A stretch of DNA of 64,000 nucleotides from an uncultured Methanosarcinaceae archaeon (GCA_963727895.1 CAVSHT010000012.1:1-64000); one strand, 5' to 3'. Positions 11,878 through 23,642 are shown, counted from the stretch's first letter. Program-made: numbers and translations. The notes: generated by a model not told the origin, from the sequence alone.

Positions 11878-11902
11878 AATCCAAGAAAACAGGAGCAACT
11901 GC

Positions 11903-12635
11903 ATGCAAACCAAGAAAAACCCTTCTTCAAAGTATTCGGAGCTCAGTCAGTTGATGGAAACTGGTGAACCTGTGTGTATAACCTTCGAAACAGGGAACAA
12001 AACCGAGCATGAAGTTGAATCTGAAATTGAAAAAAGTATAGAATGGAAGGCTGAGGAGAAAGCAGTCGACACAGGAAATGAAAAATTTCCTGAAAAAGTC
12101 TGCTTTCTTTTTTGTGAACTTGTGCAAAAAGCTCGTATGGGAAAAGAGTTTCTGGTCTCAGGGCAGAGCTGTTCTCCAGGAGATTATGTTCTGGGCCTTT
12201 CTGAAAAAAGCCCCGCTTCATACTACCTGAAATCTGGGAGATATGAAGACTCGCAGACTGCGGAGAATGCAGCTTTATCTCTCCCAAGATTGAAAAAAAA
12301 GTTTTGCTTTATAAGAATCGAACCTTTATCCCTGAACAAAGGCGTTTTTGACGTGTTGATTCTTTTCCTGAAACCTGAAAAAGCTATGCGCATTGTTCAA
12401 GCAAGTGCCTACTCGGAAGGAAAAAGATCAATAATTGATACAATGGGTGCAGCTTCAATCTGTGGAGACTGTACCGTACTTGCATACAGGCAAGGTATAG
12501 GAACTATCTTTTGGATGTAAAGGGTCGAGAAAACACAGCGGATATGAAGATTTTGAAGTTCCGCTAGGGCTTTCTTTTGAGAAAGCATCAGAAATAGAAG
12601 AAGCTCTTTCAAAACTTCCGGAAACAAGAGAATAA
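11903..12635 (+). CDS. DUF169-like protein; apparent +1 frameshift near 12502
   Basis: Shifted frame continues LSFGCKGSRKHSGYEDFEVPLG to TAA at 12633-12635. Confidence 0.65.
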
Positions 12636-13047
12636 AAAATGAGTAAAAGATTAATAGAAAACGTGTTATCTTTTTAAGAAATTCAAGAAAGATTCTAAGA
12701 AGAATTGTACTTTTATAGGCCCAGTAACTTTATGAAATTAGAAAGATGCCGTTTTCTAGAATTGGGAAGTAATCCAATTTATATAATATATATAATTTTA
12801 TATAATTCGCATTAAAATGTAGGATATATAAGAAAGGTTTTTTTGAAATAATAAGGATGATAATTTAAGAGGATTTTACAATGCCAGGATCAGCTATTTC
12901 AGAGATTTTACAAGCCGAAAATCCAATAAGAAAAAACCCTATTATCTAAAGTCATCAATGAGATGAGTTTATATAGAAGTACAAACATGTAAAATGCGAT
13001 TTTAATTCTAGAGCTATTCCAAAATCACACTAATGGAGGATTAAATC

Positions 13048-14685
13048 ATGGCAGGACAGCCAATATTCATTTTAAAAGAAGGAAGTAAGCGAACTAGAGG
13101 CAGGGATGCCCAGAGTAACAATATCATGGCTGCAAAAGCAGTAGCAGAAGCAGTCAGAACAACCCTTGGTCCCAAGGGCATGGACAAAATGCTTGTAGAT
13201 TCTATGGGCGATGTAGTTATTACAAACGACGGAGCAACCATTCTCAAAGAGATGGACATCGAACACCCTGCAGCAAAAATGGTAGTAGAAGTAGCCAAGA
13301 CCCAGGATGAAGAAGTCGGAGACGGCACTACCAGTGCAGCTGTGGTCGCAGGTGAACTCTTAAAGAAAGCAGAGGACTTAATCGAGCAGGAGATCCACCC
13401 GACAATTATCGCATCAGGGTACAGGCTTGCAGCCGAAAAAGCTGTAGAAGTCCTGAACTCCCTTGCAATGACAGTAGAACTGTCTAACCGTGACCTGCTT
13501 GTCAGCATTGCTGAAACTGCAATGACTGGAAAAGGTGCAGAATCCTCCAAAAAACTCCTCTCAGGAATTACCGTAGATGCTGTAACAAGCATTGTAGACA
13601 CAAATGGAAAGAACAGTGTTGACAGAGATAATATCAACGTTGTTAAGAAAGTCGGCGGCAAGGTAGAGGATTCCGAGCTTATCCGGGGCATGATAATTGA
13701 TAAAGAAAGAATCCACCCCAATATGCCTGAAAAAATAAAGGATGCAAAAATCCTTCTCCTCAACAGCGCAATTGAACTCAAGGACACCGAAGTAGATGCG
13801 GAAATCTCTATAACCTCTCCTGACCAGCTCCAGTCCTTCCTTGACCAGGAAGAACAGATGCTAAAGAGGATCGTCCAGAAGGTTATCGGTAGTGGAGCAA
13901 ATGTTGTTTTCTGCCAGAAGGGGATTGAAGATCTTGCCCAGCACTACCTTGCAAAAGCAGGTATCTTTGCTGTCCGCAGAGTTAAGAAGAGCGACATGGA
14001 AAAGCTCGCAAGAGCAACAGGCGGCAAACTCATTACCAACATGGACGAAATCGCTCCCGAAGACCTCGGATACGCAGGACTCGTGGAAGAGAAAAAGGTT
14101 GGTGGAGACAGTATGACCTTTGTCACAGGCTGCAACAACCCGAAGGCTGTAACAATCCTACTGCGCGGCGGTACAGAACATGTAGTTGACAGTATCACCA
14201 GCGCTCTTGAGGACGCACTTCGTGTGGTTGGAGTTGCAATCGAGGACGGTAAGCTTGTTGCAGGTGGCGGTTCCCCTGAAGTTGAAGTTGCACTCAGGCT
14301 CCAGGAATACGCAGCAACCCTTGAAGGCAGAGAACAGCTTGCAGTCAAGGCCTATGCCGAAGCTCTCGAAGTTATTCCAAGAACTCTCGCAGAAAATGCA
14401 GGACTTGACCCAATCGACATGCTCATGGAGCTGCGCTCACAGCACGAGAAAGGAATGAAAACCGCAGGACTTAATGTTTTCGAAGGCAAGGTTGTTGACA
14501 TGTGGAAAGACTTTGTAGTAGAACCTCTCAGAGTCAAGACTCAGGTTATCAATGCAGCCACCGAATCTGCAGTTATGATCCTTAGAATCGACGATATTAT
14601 AGCTTCTACCCGTGCAGCCCCAGGTCCAGAGGAAATGGGCGGAATGCCGGGCGGAATGGGTGGAATGCCCCCAGGAATGATGTAA
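13048..14685 (+). CDS. thermosome (group II chaperonin) subunit
   Basis: [19 protein letters not shown]-repeat tail. Confidence 0.97.
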   Translation: MAGQPIFILKEGSKRTRGRDAQSNNIMAAKAVAEAVRTTLGPKGMDKMLVDSMGDVVITNDGATILKEMDIEHPAAKMVVEVAKTQDEEVGDGTTSAAVVAGELLKKAEDLIEQEIHPTIIASGYRLAAEKAVEVLNSLAMTVELSNRDLLVSIAETAMTGKGAESSKKLLSGITVDAVTSIVDTNGKNSVDRDNINVVKKVGGKVEDSELIRGMIIDKERIHPNMPEKIKDAKILLLNSAIELKDTEVDAEISITSPDQLQSFLDQEEQMLKRIVQKVIGSGANVVFCQKGIEDLAQHYLAKAGIFAVRRVKKSDMEKLARATGGKLITNMDEIAPEDLGYAGLVEEKKVGGDSMTFVTGCNNPKAVTILLRGGTEHVVDSITSALEDALRVVGVAIEDGKLVAGGGSPEVEVALRLQEYAATLEGREQLAVKAYAEALEVIPRTLAENAGLDPIDMLMELRSQHEKGMKTAGLNVFEGKVVDMWKDFVVEPLRVKTQVINAATESAVMILRIDDIIASTRAAPGPEEMGGMPGGMGGMPPGMM

Positions 14686-14715
14686 TCCGAATCGCAAAAA
14701 TATTATTAGTAAATA

Positions 14716-14752
14716 GGGAAAGGTACAGTTTTTTAGCTGTACCATCCTTTTA
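14716..14752 (+). terminator. hairpin after thermosome gene
   Basis: GGTACAG/CTGTACC stem followed by T-run. Confidence 0.5.
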
Positions 14753-14878
14753 GTCCCTAAAATAAAGTCTGAAGAAAATTGGTTTCGGTCTCTCACCGGA
14801 AGTCTATGTGAATCTCCATGTTAAATCCTTTTTTCAGGCTTTTTTATTTTCTGAAATAGAGGTTTTCAAATATTACAC

Positions 14879-16000
14879 TTACTTCTTTTCAAGGCAATTA
14901 AGGATGTCCTCTGCTCTGAATTTAGTTTTTATAATTCTAGTCCTGCCTCTTTGACCCTTTCCAGTAAAATTTGCATCTATATAGTTAAGCACCTGGAGCC
15001 TGTTGACAATACCGTAAAAACGAGTGTATCCAAGCTGTGTTAATTCATGAAAAGACTTGTAAAGTTCTCCTGCCTGAATTTCTCCTTTTCTTGCTATTAA
15101 CTCAAGCAAATGTTTTTCAGAACCGGACAGGAAACTGATACCCCTGCAGAGATGAAGCAATTTGGACGCTTCATAAGCTTTTTCCACATCTTCAGAAGAG
15201 ATTGTACGACTTCCTCTGCGTTCGGCATTAAAACCGGAACGCTTAAGAAGATCGATTCCTACTCTCAGATCCCCTGTCCTTTCTATATAAAATACCACCA
15301 CTTCAAGTACCTTGTCAGAAATTACTTTCGGATAAAAACCATATTTTACTCGATCTTTGAGAATATCAAGAATTTCAGAGCTTCCGTACTGCGGAAAATG
15401 GATATCTTCAGGCAAAAAAACAGAATTTACCCTTGAATCCATGCAATAAAGGTCTGAAGCATCATTTACTATCCCGATTATCCCTATCTTTGCTCCAGGA
15501 TATTGTTCATGAGCTCTTAGGAGCGAATACATCACTTCATTGGCATGCCCTTCGTAGCAAAGATAATTGAGGTCATCCAGGGCGACAAACAGAACTTTTT
15601 CAGACGAAACAAGAAAATTAACGACAGTTTCAAAGATCTTTCTAAACGCAATTCCCGAATTAGGTGGAGAGATCCCAAAAAGCTTCCTGTAAATTCTGGA
15701 TATTACTGCAAAACGAGTGGAATCAATCTGGCAGTTGACTTTGACGGTAACAACATTAGGTGAATGTGCTTCAACTTCTTCGAACACTTTCATAACTGCA
15801 CTGGTCTTTCCTGTTCCTGGAGGACCTACTAGCAAACAATTCAAAGGACGCATTCCACGAAGTGATGGCCGGAATGCAAATCTAAGTCCATTCAATTGTG
15901 ATTCTCTATGAGGAAAATATTCAGGAAGGTAGTCAGGCTCAAGTACCGATGGGTCCTTAAATAGGGTCTCATCCCAGAGTAGTATGTCATTACCTGTCAA
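14879..16000 (-). CDS. cdc6: Orc1/Cdc6 replication initiator family
   Basis: GPPGTGKT Walker A, GDLRVGIDLL sensor II, winged-helix GQRGRTR. Confidence 0.92.
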   Translation of the reverse strand: MTGNDILLWDETLFKDPSVLEPDYLPEYFPHRESQLNGLRFAFRPSLRGMRPLNCLLVGPPGTGKTSAVMKVFEEVEAHSPNVVTVKVNCQIDSTRFAVISRIYRKLFGISPPNSGIAFRKIFETVVNFLVSSEKVLFVALDDLNYLCYEGHANEVMYSLLRAHEQYPGAKIGIIGIVNDASDLYCMDSRVNSVFLPEDIHFPQYGSSEILDILKDRVKYGFYPKVISDKVLEVVVFYIERTGDLRVGIDLLKRSGFNAERRGSRTISSEDVEKAYEASKLLHLCRGISFLSGSEKHLLELIARKGEIQAGELYKSFHELTQLGYTRFYGIVNRLQVLNYIDANFTGKGQRGRTRIIKTKFRAEDILNCLEKK

Positions 16001-16765
16001 AGGGAGTTACTCCATAAGTCATTAATATGTTATCATAAATAATTGAAAATTAAATAATATTGAAAGCTAGGGGCTATGAAAGTTTTTTTGGTTGAAATGA
16101 AGTTTAATAGATCAAAAAGCAGGAAATAAGATAATTCCCCACTTGAATTGAGTCTTTTCTATTAATCTTAAGTTTAATAATCTCTAAGTAAACCTCTAAG
16201 TAAGCAGAGTTTCTAAACAGTTAATCTCAGCTCAATATATAGATAAACTCTATTTAATCCAACTACTTCAAACTAATTAGGAAAGAGCTTGTCATTTATA
16301 TGCGTAAATTTGATAAATATGTGACCATTTTTAAATTTTTAATAGATATGCTTTACTGCATTTAGCTTTTTTGAATTGTCATTAATTATGGCGATTCAGC
16401 CGGAAAATAGTTAGAGAGATACTCCGAAAATCAATTTTGTTTCCAAATCTATAAAGTTTCAGAACTGTTTTTTATGATTAGAAAATCAATATGTCATCCA
16501 AAACGAGATTTGGATAACAAATTTTTATTTTACGACTCAACTTTATTATAACCTTCAAAGCTGTCAAGCATCTTGAAAATCATAGTGGTTTCTTCAGAGT
16601 GAGATTATTATTCCCAGAGTAAATATTTCCTTTAGAGAGTAAGAGCGATATTTGGGATAATAACATTTAGTGTTATGAAATTAAAGAAAAATATTAAATA
16701 TAAGTTTGTCGTACATACCTATGTCAAGACGAACAGACATAAAAAAGACCTCCTAAATATGGAGT

Positions 16766-16833
16766 CGAATTTGCAATTCCTGAATTTTTCATGTGTGAGT
16801 GCAGGCATATGAAGAATTCGGGAGTGCACTTCG
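16766..16833 (+). ncRNA. candidate structured sRNA hairpin
   Basis: 20 contiguous pairs (16777-16796/16805-16824) including 5 G-U pairs that form only on the + strand. Confidence 0.45.
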
Positions 16834-16923
16834 TGTCTCCTGAAATTAACAAATCCCTATTTTTACTTATCACTTTAATGGTTTTAAACACTCATCCAAG
16901 ACGAAGATTCTTAAAAATAAAAT

Positions 16924-17358
16924 TCAAACTTGTTTAGTTGGTATTAGAGTTGTGAGTTTTGAAAATTTGACTCCTTTGAGAGCTATTATATATTCAGCAA
17001 GCTCTGCAATTTCTTCACCCTGCCCGTTCAGAATAATTATTTCAAAACAATTTCCATAATCAAGGTAAAAATACACTGAAGAATTTATAAGATGAGAGTA
17101 ATGATGCTGAATATCTGTTAAAGCATTTGAAAGACCTTTTTTCGTGCTGTCATATAGAATTGTTATTGTACCTATACGATAGCCTTTGACATCATTTATC
17201 CATTCGTAATGAGAAATATAACTCCTTATGGCATCTCTTATGCCTTCCGAGCGAGAAGAATAACCCTGCTTTTCAATAATTTCATCAAATTTACTCAGAA
17301 GTGTATCCGGAAGAGAAACCCCTATCCTCATAAGTTCCGTTTCTATTATATCACCCAC
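16924..17358 (-). CDS. nikR: NikR-family regulator with atypical metal site
   Basis: RIGVSL...[14 protein letters not shown] ribbon-helix-helix plus ACT-like domain. Confidence 0.85.
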   Translation of the reverse strand: MGDIIETELMRIGVSLPDTLLSKFDEIIEKQGYSSRSEGIRDAIRSYISHYEWINDVKGYRIGTITILYDSTKKGLSNALTDIQHHYSHLINSSVYFYLDYGNCFEIIILNGQGEEIAELAEYIIALKGVKFSKLTTLIPTKQV

Positions 17359-17895
17359 CTATGTAGTTTAAAGTTATCCAAAACATATTACATTAAATAA
17401 AATAAGTATTACTATATATACGTTTATTACTTTATCCTTAATACATAAAAGTGAGATAATAAATAAAAATATCTTATTTTAAATTACTTAACTTATTTAA
17501 TCAACAAGCTTATTGATTGTAGTCCAAAGATTCTGTAAAAAAATCACGATAGAAAAATTTCTTTAATAGGAAAGCCAAAGTTTTCCTACAGAACAATGAA
17601 ATTTTATTATGGCAATTGGAAGGAAAAATTACAGTTTTGAAAAAAAATAAAAACCATTGAACTATGGAATTTTGTCTTATGGGGAACAGAATAAAACTAA
17701 CTTAAAAATAATAAACCTTGATTAATTATAACAGATAAAAAGAATAATGGTAGATTTAGTTATAAAGACTGAGAAATAATCATTATAGGAAAAGAGCACA
17801 AAGTAGTGGAGTGGAGAGAACAGAGCACTTCAAATTTATAGATTTATTGAAAAAGCTCCGTCCTCCCGAGAAGGGAATCGGGTGAGAGAAAAACT

Positions 17896-18804
17896 ATGGA
17901 GATAGAATCTAAATTTCTGGTAATGAATGAAGCGGATTTTCAAGCTCTAGAAAACCTTTCCAGACTTGATTCATACGCACTCTCAGAGGCGAAAATCCAG
18001 TTAAATGAAGATATTTTCTTTGATACTTCAAACCAAAATATTATGGCTTCAGGTTACTACCTGCGGGTCAGAAAAACTTATGGAGAAGACGGAAGCTGGA
18101 TAACTATTAAAAGTCTGGGAGGTTTTGAAGATGGCACTCACAGGAGAGAGGAGTTTGTAAGTTTTCTTCCTGAGGAAAATTCCGTATTTGAATGCCCGAA
18201 CTTTCGGATCAGAGATATGATACTGGAACTTACGGCAGGATTTGATCTTTTTCCATTGCTGTCCTTAAAACAAAAAAGGGTTATTCGCCAGGTAAAAATG
18301 GGAAGAAAACTTATAGCTGAGATTTACCTGGATCGAGTCAACCTGAAAAGCGAAGGCAAAGAAAAGCATTATAATGAGTTTGAAGTTGAACTTAAAAGCG
18401 AAGGAAGCTCTGAAGATCTGGAAACTATCCGGAACTTCCTGCTCAAGCATTACAATCTGGTAGAAAACCCTTTTTCCAAGTTCGAAAGAGCTTTTTTGTT
18501 CAAAGAGAACCTTCCTGAGAAAACATTCCTTAACCTGAGAGAAATAGCTTTCTGCTCACAGCTTGCAGACCAGAAAAACGTATATGGAAAGCAGGCTCAG
18601 ATTTTGATAGGACTTGGAAGAGGACAGAGCTGTGAAGAACTCAGCAAGATTCTGAAAATTCCTCAAACCGAGATAGAAGCTCTGAGAGCAGAATTTAAAG
18701 AGAAAAGGCTTTCTATTTTTCCTGTTACAAAGTATAAAGAAAAAAACTCTGAATTCCATTTCCATTTCGAAAAAAATTGTGTTTTGAAAAAAGAAAAAAA
18801 TTGA
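17896..18804 (+). CDS. CYTH domain protein
   Basis: N-terminal EIESKF, YLRVR, EFEVELK, SKFER. Confidence 0.8.
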   Translation: MEIESKFLVMNEADFQALENLSRLDSYALSEAKIQLNEDIFFDTSNQNIMASGYYLRVRKTYGEDGSWITIKSLGGFEDGTHRREEFVSFLPEENSVFECPNFRIRDMILELTAGFDLFPLLSLKQKRVIRQVKMGRKLIAEIYLDRVNLKSEGKEKHYNEFEVELKSEGSSEDLETIRNFLLKHYNLVENPFSKFERAFLFKENLPEKTFLNLREIAFCSQLADQKNVYGKQAQILIGLGRGQSCEELSKILKIPQTEIEALRAEFKEKRLSIFPVTKYKEKNSEFHFHFEKNCVLKKEKN

Positions 18805-18879
18805 ACTTAAACCGGAGGACCCAGATATTTTCTTAAAAGATTTTTTTAGGTAGAACTTTATTTTAATTAAACTGTTAGT

Positions 18880-20535
18880 TTAGCTCTTTGAAAACATTTC
18901 AACCCTTGGAAGTTCCTCAAGCTCAGCCTCTTCTTCAAAGACCAAGGGACTCCCAGTCTGATTTATAATAACTTTAGATTGCAGATTGTATCCGAACATT
19001 TTCTGGAAGTACTTTTTCTGTTTCTCGACCTCCCATAGTTCAAGCTGACACTCCTGCTGAGCGTGCATTTCAAGCACCAGACTGTCAGTAGAAGCTATGT
19101 AAAATCTAACATTGGAAATAACTCCATTGTGAGAGCGATCCAGACCTTCGGCAATACGGAGAAGGGCACTCAGAACCCTGATACTTTTTACTGTATCCTT
19201 ATTAAGACCAACAAGATTTGGGTGCTTCTTTTTAGGAGTATTTTTCCTATGGAAATAAGCAAGATTCGCTATGATTTCGACTTCTTCAGGATAGAAACCC
19301 GGAAGATTGCTCTCCCTTATGAGGTGATAGGCGTGAGCCTGATGAGTATCATATGATAGAAACGTCCCTATATCATGCAGTGTGGAACCGTACTCAAGAA
19401 GTTCCCGTTCTCCGGTCCTGAAATTGTAAATTCCAAGTGCCTGAATACTATCAAAGAGCTCAAGAGCAAGCCTGGTAATAGTATGAGCATGTTCTTCATC
19501 GAAATTGCAGGTGAGTCCAAGCTGCATAATGCTGCGTTTTCTTACTGACATCTGCGTAATCATGTAGGAGAATTCACTCTTAGAGATATAATCGACAAGA
19601 AGTCCTTCTCGAAGCCCGCGTTTACTTATCCTGATATTGGAAAGTCCCAGTTCTTCCATAAAGGTCTCGATAATTGCAGCCCCTGAGATGATAATATCTG
19701 CTCTTTGCGCGTTGATTCCAGGGAATTTGCGCCGCTCTTCCAGAGGTATGGCACACATTGCCTGAACTATTTTCTTCAGGTCTTCATATTCAAGTTTCTC
19801 AAAGCTTTCACTGGTTGTTTTGCGAAGATAGACAAAAGCTATTCTCGCAAGGTTTTCAATTGTTCCCGAGCTTCCAATTGAACAACTTATATTGTATTCA
19901 GAAAGGTTTTTAATTATATCTGTAATCTTGTCCCGAATATAAGCTTTAATCTGTTCATATTGTTCCTCGGAAACAGGCCCTTTTTCATCTGGTAAAAACA
20001 TATTTGTTAGTCTGATCGCTCCAAGATTAAGGGAATGAAGAAAATAACACTGAGCCTGATCCCCAACTGAAACTTCTGTGCTTCCACCTCCTATATCTAT
20101 AAACAGAGCTTTTGAATTCCCAAGCCTAAGCCCGCTTGAAACTCCGAGGTAAATGAGGCGAGCTTCTTCAGCTCCGGAAATTGTACAGACTTCCAGGTTT
20201 GCCTCCCTTTTCAGCATTTCTAGAAACTGAACTTTATTGCTCGCATCTCGCGTTGCCGATGTAGCTACAGCTATAACCTCTTCTGCCCTGTAAGCTCTGG
20301 CAAGTTCCATGAATTTTTTGCAGACAACAACTGCGCGTTCTATCGCCTTAGGCTGCAGAATCCGGTCTATAAATTCCTGATCTCCAAGCCGAACTGTTTC
20401 TTTCTGCTTGGTCAGGGGCCGGTAAGATCCATTGGGATTAATACGGACCAGAAGAAGTCGGATCGAGTTAGTACCTATATCGATAAACGCAACAACTCTG
20501 CCTTCGGAAATTTTCTCGGGTTCCATTATTACCAC
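18880..20535 (-). CDS. ppx: Ppx/GppA exopolyphosphatase with HD domain
   Basis: IDIGTNSIRL, ATSATRDA, DIGGGSTE, GLREG, LHDIG. Confidence 0.92.
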   Translation of the reverse strand: MVIMEPEKISEGRVVAFIDIGTNSIRLLLVRINPNGSYRPLTKQKETVRLGDQEFIDRILQPKAIERAVVVCKKFMELARAYRAEEVIAVATSATRDASNKVQFLEMLKREANLEVCTISGAEEARLIYLGVSSGLRLGNSKALFIDIGGGSTEVSVGDQAQCYFLHSLNLGAIRLTNMFLPDEKGPVSEEQYEQIKAYIRDKITDIIKNLSEYNISCSIGSSGTIENLARIAFVYLRKTTSESFEKLEYEDLKKIVQAMCAIPLEERRKFPGINAQRADIIISGAAIIETFMEELGLSNIRISKRGLREGLLVDYISKSEFSYMITQMSVRKRSIMQLGLTCNFDEEHAHTITRLALELFDSIQALGIYNFRTGERELLEYGSTLHDIGTFLSYDTHQAHAYHLIRESNLPGFYPEEVEIIANLAYFHRKNTPKKKHPNLVGLNKDTVKSIRVLSALLRIAEGLDRSHNGVISNVRFYIASTDSLVLEMHAQQECQLELWEVEKQKKYFQKMFGYNLQSKVIINQTGSPLVFEEEAELEELPRVEMFSKS

Positions 20536-20887
20536 CTGAAAGCCCTGTCTTTCGTTTTCCTCGAAGGAGTCGAGAAACTCAAAATAAGCTTCACATTACT
20601 AGTTCATATTTTTATTCTATTTGAGATTATGTGGTAGTTTCCGAAAGTTTGTAATCGTTATTATTTCTGCATATATTAATTATATAGATTGGAGACGTTG
20701 CATATATATGCACTCTATAAAGAAAGGAGTATTAAGAAAGATATTTTTTCAGATTTTTTCAGGTTTTTTCAGGATGTGTATCACTGACAAAATTAAGTTG
20801 TTTGTTATGAAAAAATATGTATTTAGGTGAATTTAAAATGTTTTTTGTATTTCATGTTCTCTATTGACAGAAGGAAAAAGTATATTC

Positions 20888-21439
20888 GGCTTTGATACTT
20901 AAACATAGTTATATACTATTAGAAAGTATATTTCTTCATGAACTGCCCCAGATGCAATAGTTCCAGTCACAGATGGATAAATAAATTTGGTCCGGAGTTA
21001 GAGAACCTAAAAAGCGAAAATGAGATATCTATTGTTGAAATGGATGAAATGCACACGTACATCGGCAACAAAAAAAAATATTGCTGGATCTGGATTGCTG
21101 TTGATAGAGTTGGGAAAAAGTTCATCAACTGCTCTTTTGGCAGCAGAGGAACGGAAACTGGAAAACTACTCTGGGAAAAATTGAAGAAAAAAGAGATTGG
21201 AGAAGTGATGACAGATCACTGGAGAGCATATGCAGAGTTTATTCCAGAAAAGAGTCATACTCAATCCAAAGCAGAAACGTATACTGTTGAAGGATATAAC
21301 AGCATATTGAGGCATTTTCTAGCAAGGTTGAGAAGAAAGACAGAGTGTTATACGAAGAGTATTGAAATGCTAAAGTACTCGGTTCTTCTATTGATGAAAT
21401 ACAGAAATAAAGAACTAGATATATTTAAGTAACAATACC
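20888..21439 (+). mobile_element. IS1-family element with internal deletion (552 bp)
   Basis: Ends GGCTTTGATA...TAACAATACC; InsA part deleted, InsB DDE part intact; no target duplication seen. Confidence 0.88.
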
Positions 21440-21508
21440 TGAATCCCTGAATCTTAAATATCTTTTTGTCTTTCTTTAAATGTCTTGAAAAACACTTTAA
21501 ATAGATAT

Positions 21509-21892
21509 TCAAGCGTAGCGTGGAAGAATATATTTTGTTTCTTTGATTCTCTCTTCTCTTTCTTCATCAGGCAGCTTTTTACTTTTCAGAGCTTCAGCCT
21601 GTGCAACTTTGGGATGCTGTTTCAGGAATTCAATTGAATATTCAGTAGTTTCCTTTGCTGCTGATTGAAAAGTTTTATCAATTTCTTCTTTACTAAATTG
21701 TCCATGATAAAGGAGAAGCTGAGTTACTTTTTCTCTGGTAGTTTGAGGTTCATTCTCATAATCCAGGGAGTAATACAGCTTGCTTACGATAACCCTTAAG
21801 CTCCAGATTCGACTTCTTTTTTTGTCCTTTATTTCAAAAGGGCTTTTATCCTTTATTTTTTGTATAATCTCGTTCAGATCGTACTGGCTCAT
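21509..21892 (-). CDS. hypothetical protein
   Basis: Open frame; ATG at 21892 preferred as start. Confidence 0.55.
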   Translation of the reverse strand: MSQYDLNEIIQKIKDKSPFEIKDKKRSRIWSLRVIVSKLYYSLDYENEPQTTREKVTQLLLYHGQFSKEEIDKTFQSAAKETTEYSIEFLKQHPKVAQAEALKSKKLPDEEREERIKETKYILPRYA

Positions 21893-22082
21893 TTTTAGCA
21901 CCACTATAGAATTCGACTTGTAGATAAATAAAAGCTCTTTAAATCTATTTGAAATCACGTTATCAGTAAATAAAGTAAAGTAGAAAGCAGTACTTATAAA
22001 ATAAAATATGTCAGAGCTAAGGTGTTAGAATATAATATGAAGTTACTGAAAAATAAGGTTTATAAGAAAATAGGTAAAAATC

Positions 22083-22145
22083 GCGGCATCAGGAAATTAT
22101 TTTCATCATCTTTTGCTCAGTTGGGGTAACTTTCATCATCGCCGC
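22083..22145 (-). ncRNA. C/D-box sRNA
   Basis: GCGGC-G-AUGAUGA-AAGUUACCCCAA-CUGA-GCAAAAG-AUGAUGA-AAAUAAUUUC-CUGA-U-GCCGC: boxes C, D', C', D and terminal stem. Confidence 0.82.
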
Positions 22146-22282
22146 AAGATCCAGTATATCGGTGGTCTTATTTATGGTTACTGCCTTTACTGCTGCAAAT
22201 TATTGATTTACTGGATTGTTCATTTATCTAATATAACAAATTCAGTTGCTTTATTGATTTTAAAGGTTTTTGAGGAAAACAC

Positions 22283-23047
22283 TTGAAATTTGAAGCCATA
22301 GCCGTTGAGAATATTCCCCTTATACATGCTGGGGACGACCTGCCATCGATTATTTGTGAGAACATCGAACTTCAGGACAGGGATATTGTTATTATTGCCT
22401 CGACCGTTGTTGCTAAAGCTGAAGGTGAGATTTTCAGGCTTGATGACATTACTCCAGGAAAGATGGCACTTGAGATTGCGTCTAGTAATGGAAAAGACGT
22501 AAGGTTTATCCAGGCTGTACTTTCTCGGAGCAAGGAAGTGCTTGTGGAAAAGCCTTTTATGCTTGTGACAACTCTCGCAGGGCATACATGTGTAAATGCG
22601 GGGATTGATGAGTCAAATATTGAAAATGGATTTTTAATTTACTCTCCGGAAAACCCGAATGCTAGTGCCTTAAGGCTTGGGCAGGAACTCGAAAAGCTTA
22701 GCGGAAAAAAGGTAAGTGTTATTGTCACAGACACAAACGGGAGAGCGTTCAAAATCGGGCAAACTGGTGTGGCCATAGGGGTTTACAGGATAAAGCCTAT
22801 AAAGCGCTGGATCGGGGAAAAAGATCTTTTTGGAAAAATCCTTGAGATTACAGAGGAAGCAGTTGTTGATGAGCTTGCAGGTGCCGCAAACCTTTTGATG
22901 GGCGAAGGTGGTGGTGGTACTCCTGTAATTGTAATTCGCGGCCTTGATCATTATTGTGAAGAGAATACCATTATAAATGAAATTTACCGTTCAGAAGAAC
23001 AGGATCTCATTAAAAAAGGGCTTCGTTGCCTGCAAAAACAGAATTAA
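22283..23047 (+). CDS. cofE: coenzyme F420-0:L-glutamate ligase
   Basis: NAGIDESN, VTDTNGRAFK, AANLLMGEG. Confidence 0.92.
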   Translation: MKFEAIAVENIPLIHAGDDLPSIICENIELQDRDIVIIASTVVAKAEGEIFRLDDITPGKMALEIASSNGKDVRFIQAVLSRSKEVLVEKPFMLVTTLAGHTCVNAGIDESNIENGFLIYSPENPNASALRLGQELEKLSGKKVSVIVTDTNGRAFKIGQTGVAIGVYRIKPIKRWIGEKDLFGKILEITEEAVVDELAGAANLLMGEGGGGTPVIVIRGLDHYCEENTIINEIYRSEEQDLIKKGLRCLQKQN

Positions 23048-23162
23048 ATCTAAGACTAAATGGCTTCAAAGCTTAGACTTTGAATCGCAGAATATTCATA
23101 ACTTCTATTTTAGAAATCTTTATTTCTCTGCGAATCCCTGAAGATACTGAATTCATATAAGT

Positions 23163-23642
23163 TCAGTTTTCATCTGAAGTTTCATGTTTCAGTTCAAAAG
23201 GTATATATTCTGCTTCTACACCTGCCTCCTTAAAGAACTGAAGCGAATCGTTGTCAGGATAAATAGTTGAATATACGACTCTTTTGATATTTGAGTTGAT
23301 AATCATTTTTGCACAAAGAATACAGGGCAGGTGTGTACAATAGAGAGTTGCTCCCGCTATGCTTACCCCGTGAATTGCCGCCTGGATTATTGCGTTTTGT
23401 TCTGCATGGACTGCCCTGCATTTTTCTTGTCTTGTACCAGATGGGATTTTTTCCATGTTCCGGATACAACCTATTTCAAGACAGTGTTCCATGCCGCTGG
23501 GTGCCCCATTATATCCAGTCGAGAGAATTCGCTTGTCTCTAACAATTACAGCTCCGACATTGTTTCGGAGGCATGTAGCTCTTTTGCCTACAACGAAGGC
23601 AATTTCGAGGAAGTATTCATCAAGGGAAGGTCTTTCTTTCAT
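23163..23642 (-). CDS. dCMP deaminase
   Basis: TGYNG, HAEQNA, PCILC; start at [11 protein letters not shown]. Confidence 0.9.
   Translation of the reverse strand: MKERPSLDEYFLEIAFVVGKRATCLRNNVGAVIVRDKRILSTGYNGAPSGMEHCLEIGCIRNMEKIPSGTRQEKCRAVHAEQNAIIQAAIHGVSIAGATLYCTHLPCILCAKMIINSNIKRVVYSTIYPDNDSLQFFKEAGVEAEYIPFELKHETSDEN

Noticed and set aside
3140..14796. Long antisense ORFs over glyS, hef and thermosome (e.g. 3140-3865, 13041-13787)
   Set aside because: Shadow frames of conserved genes with no recognisable motifs
16414..16614. Degenerate MITE-like ends (ACTCCGAAAA / TTCTTCAGAGT)
   Set aside because: Too short and mismatched; no target duplication
16001..16690. Replication origin next to cdc6
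   Set aside because: AT-rich, but I found no repeated ORB/mini-ORB motif
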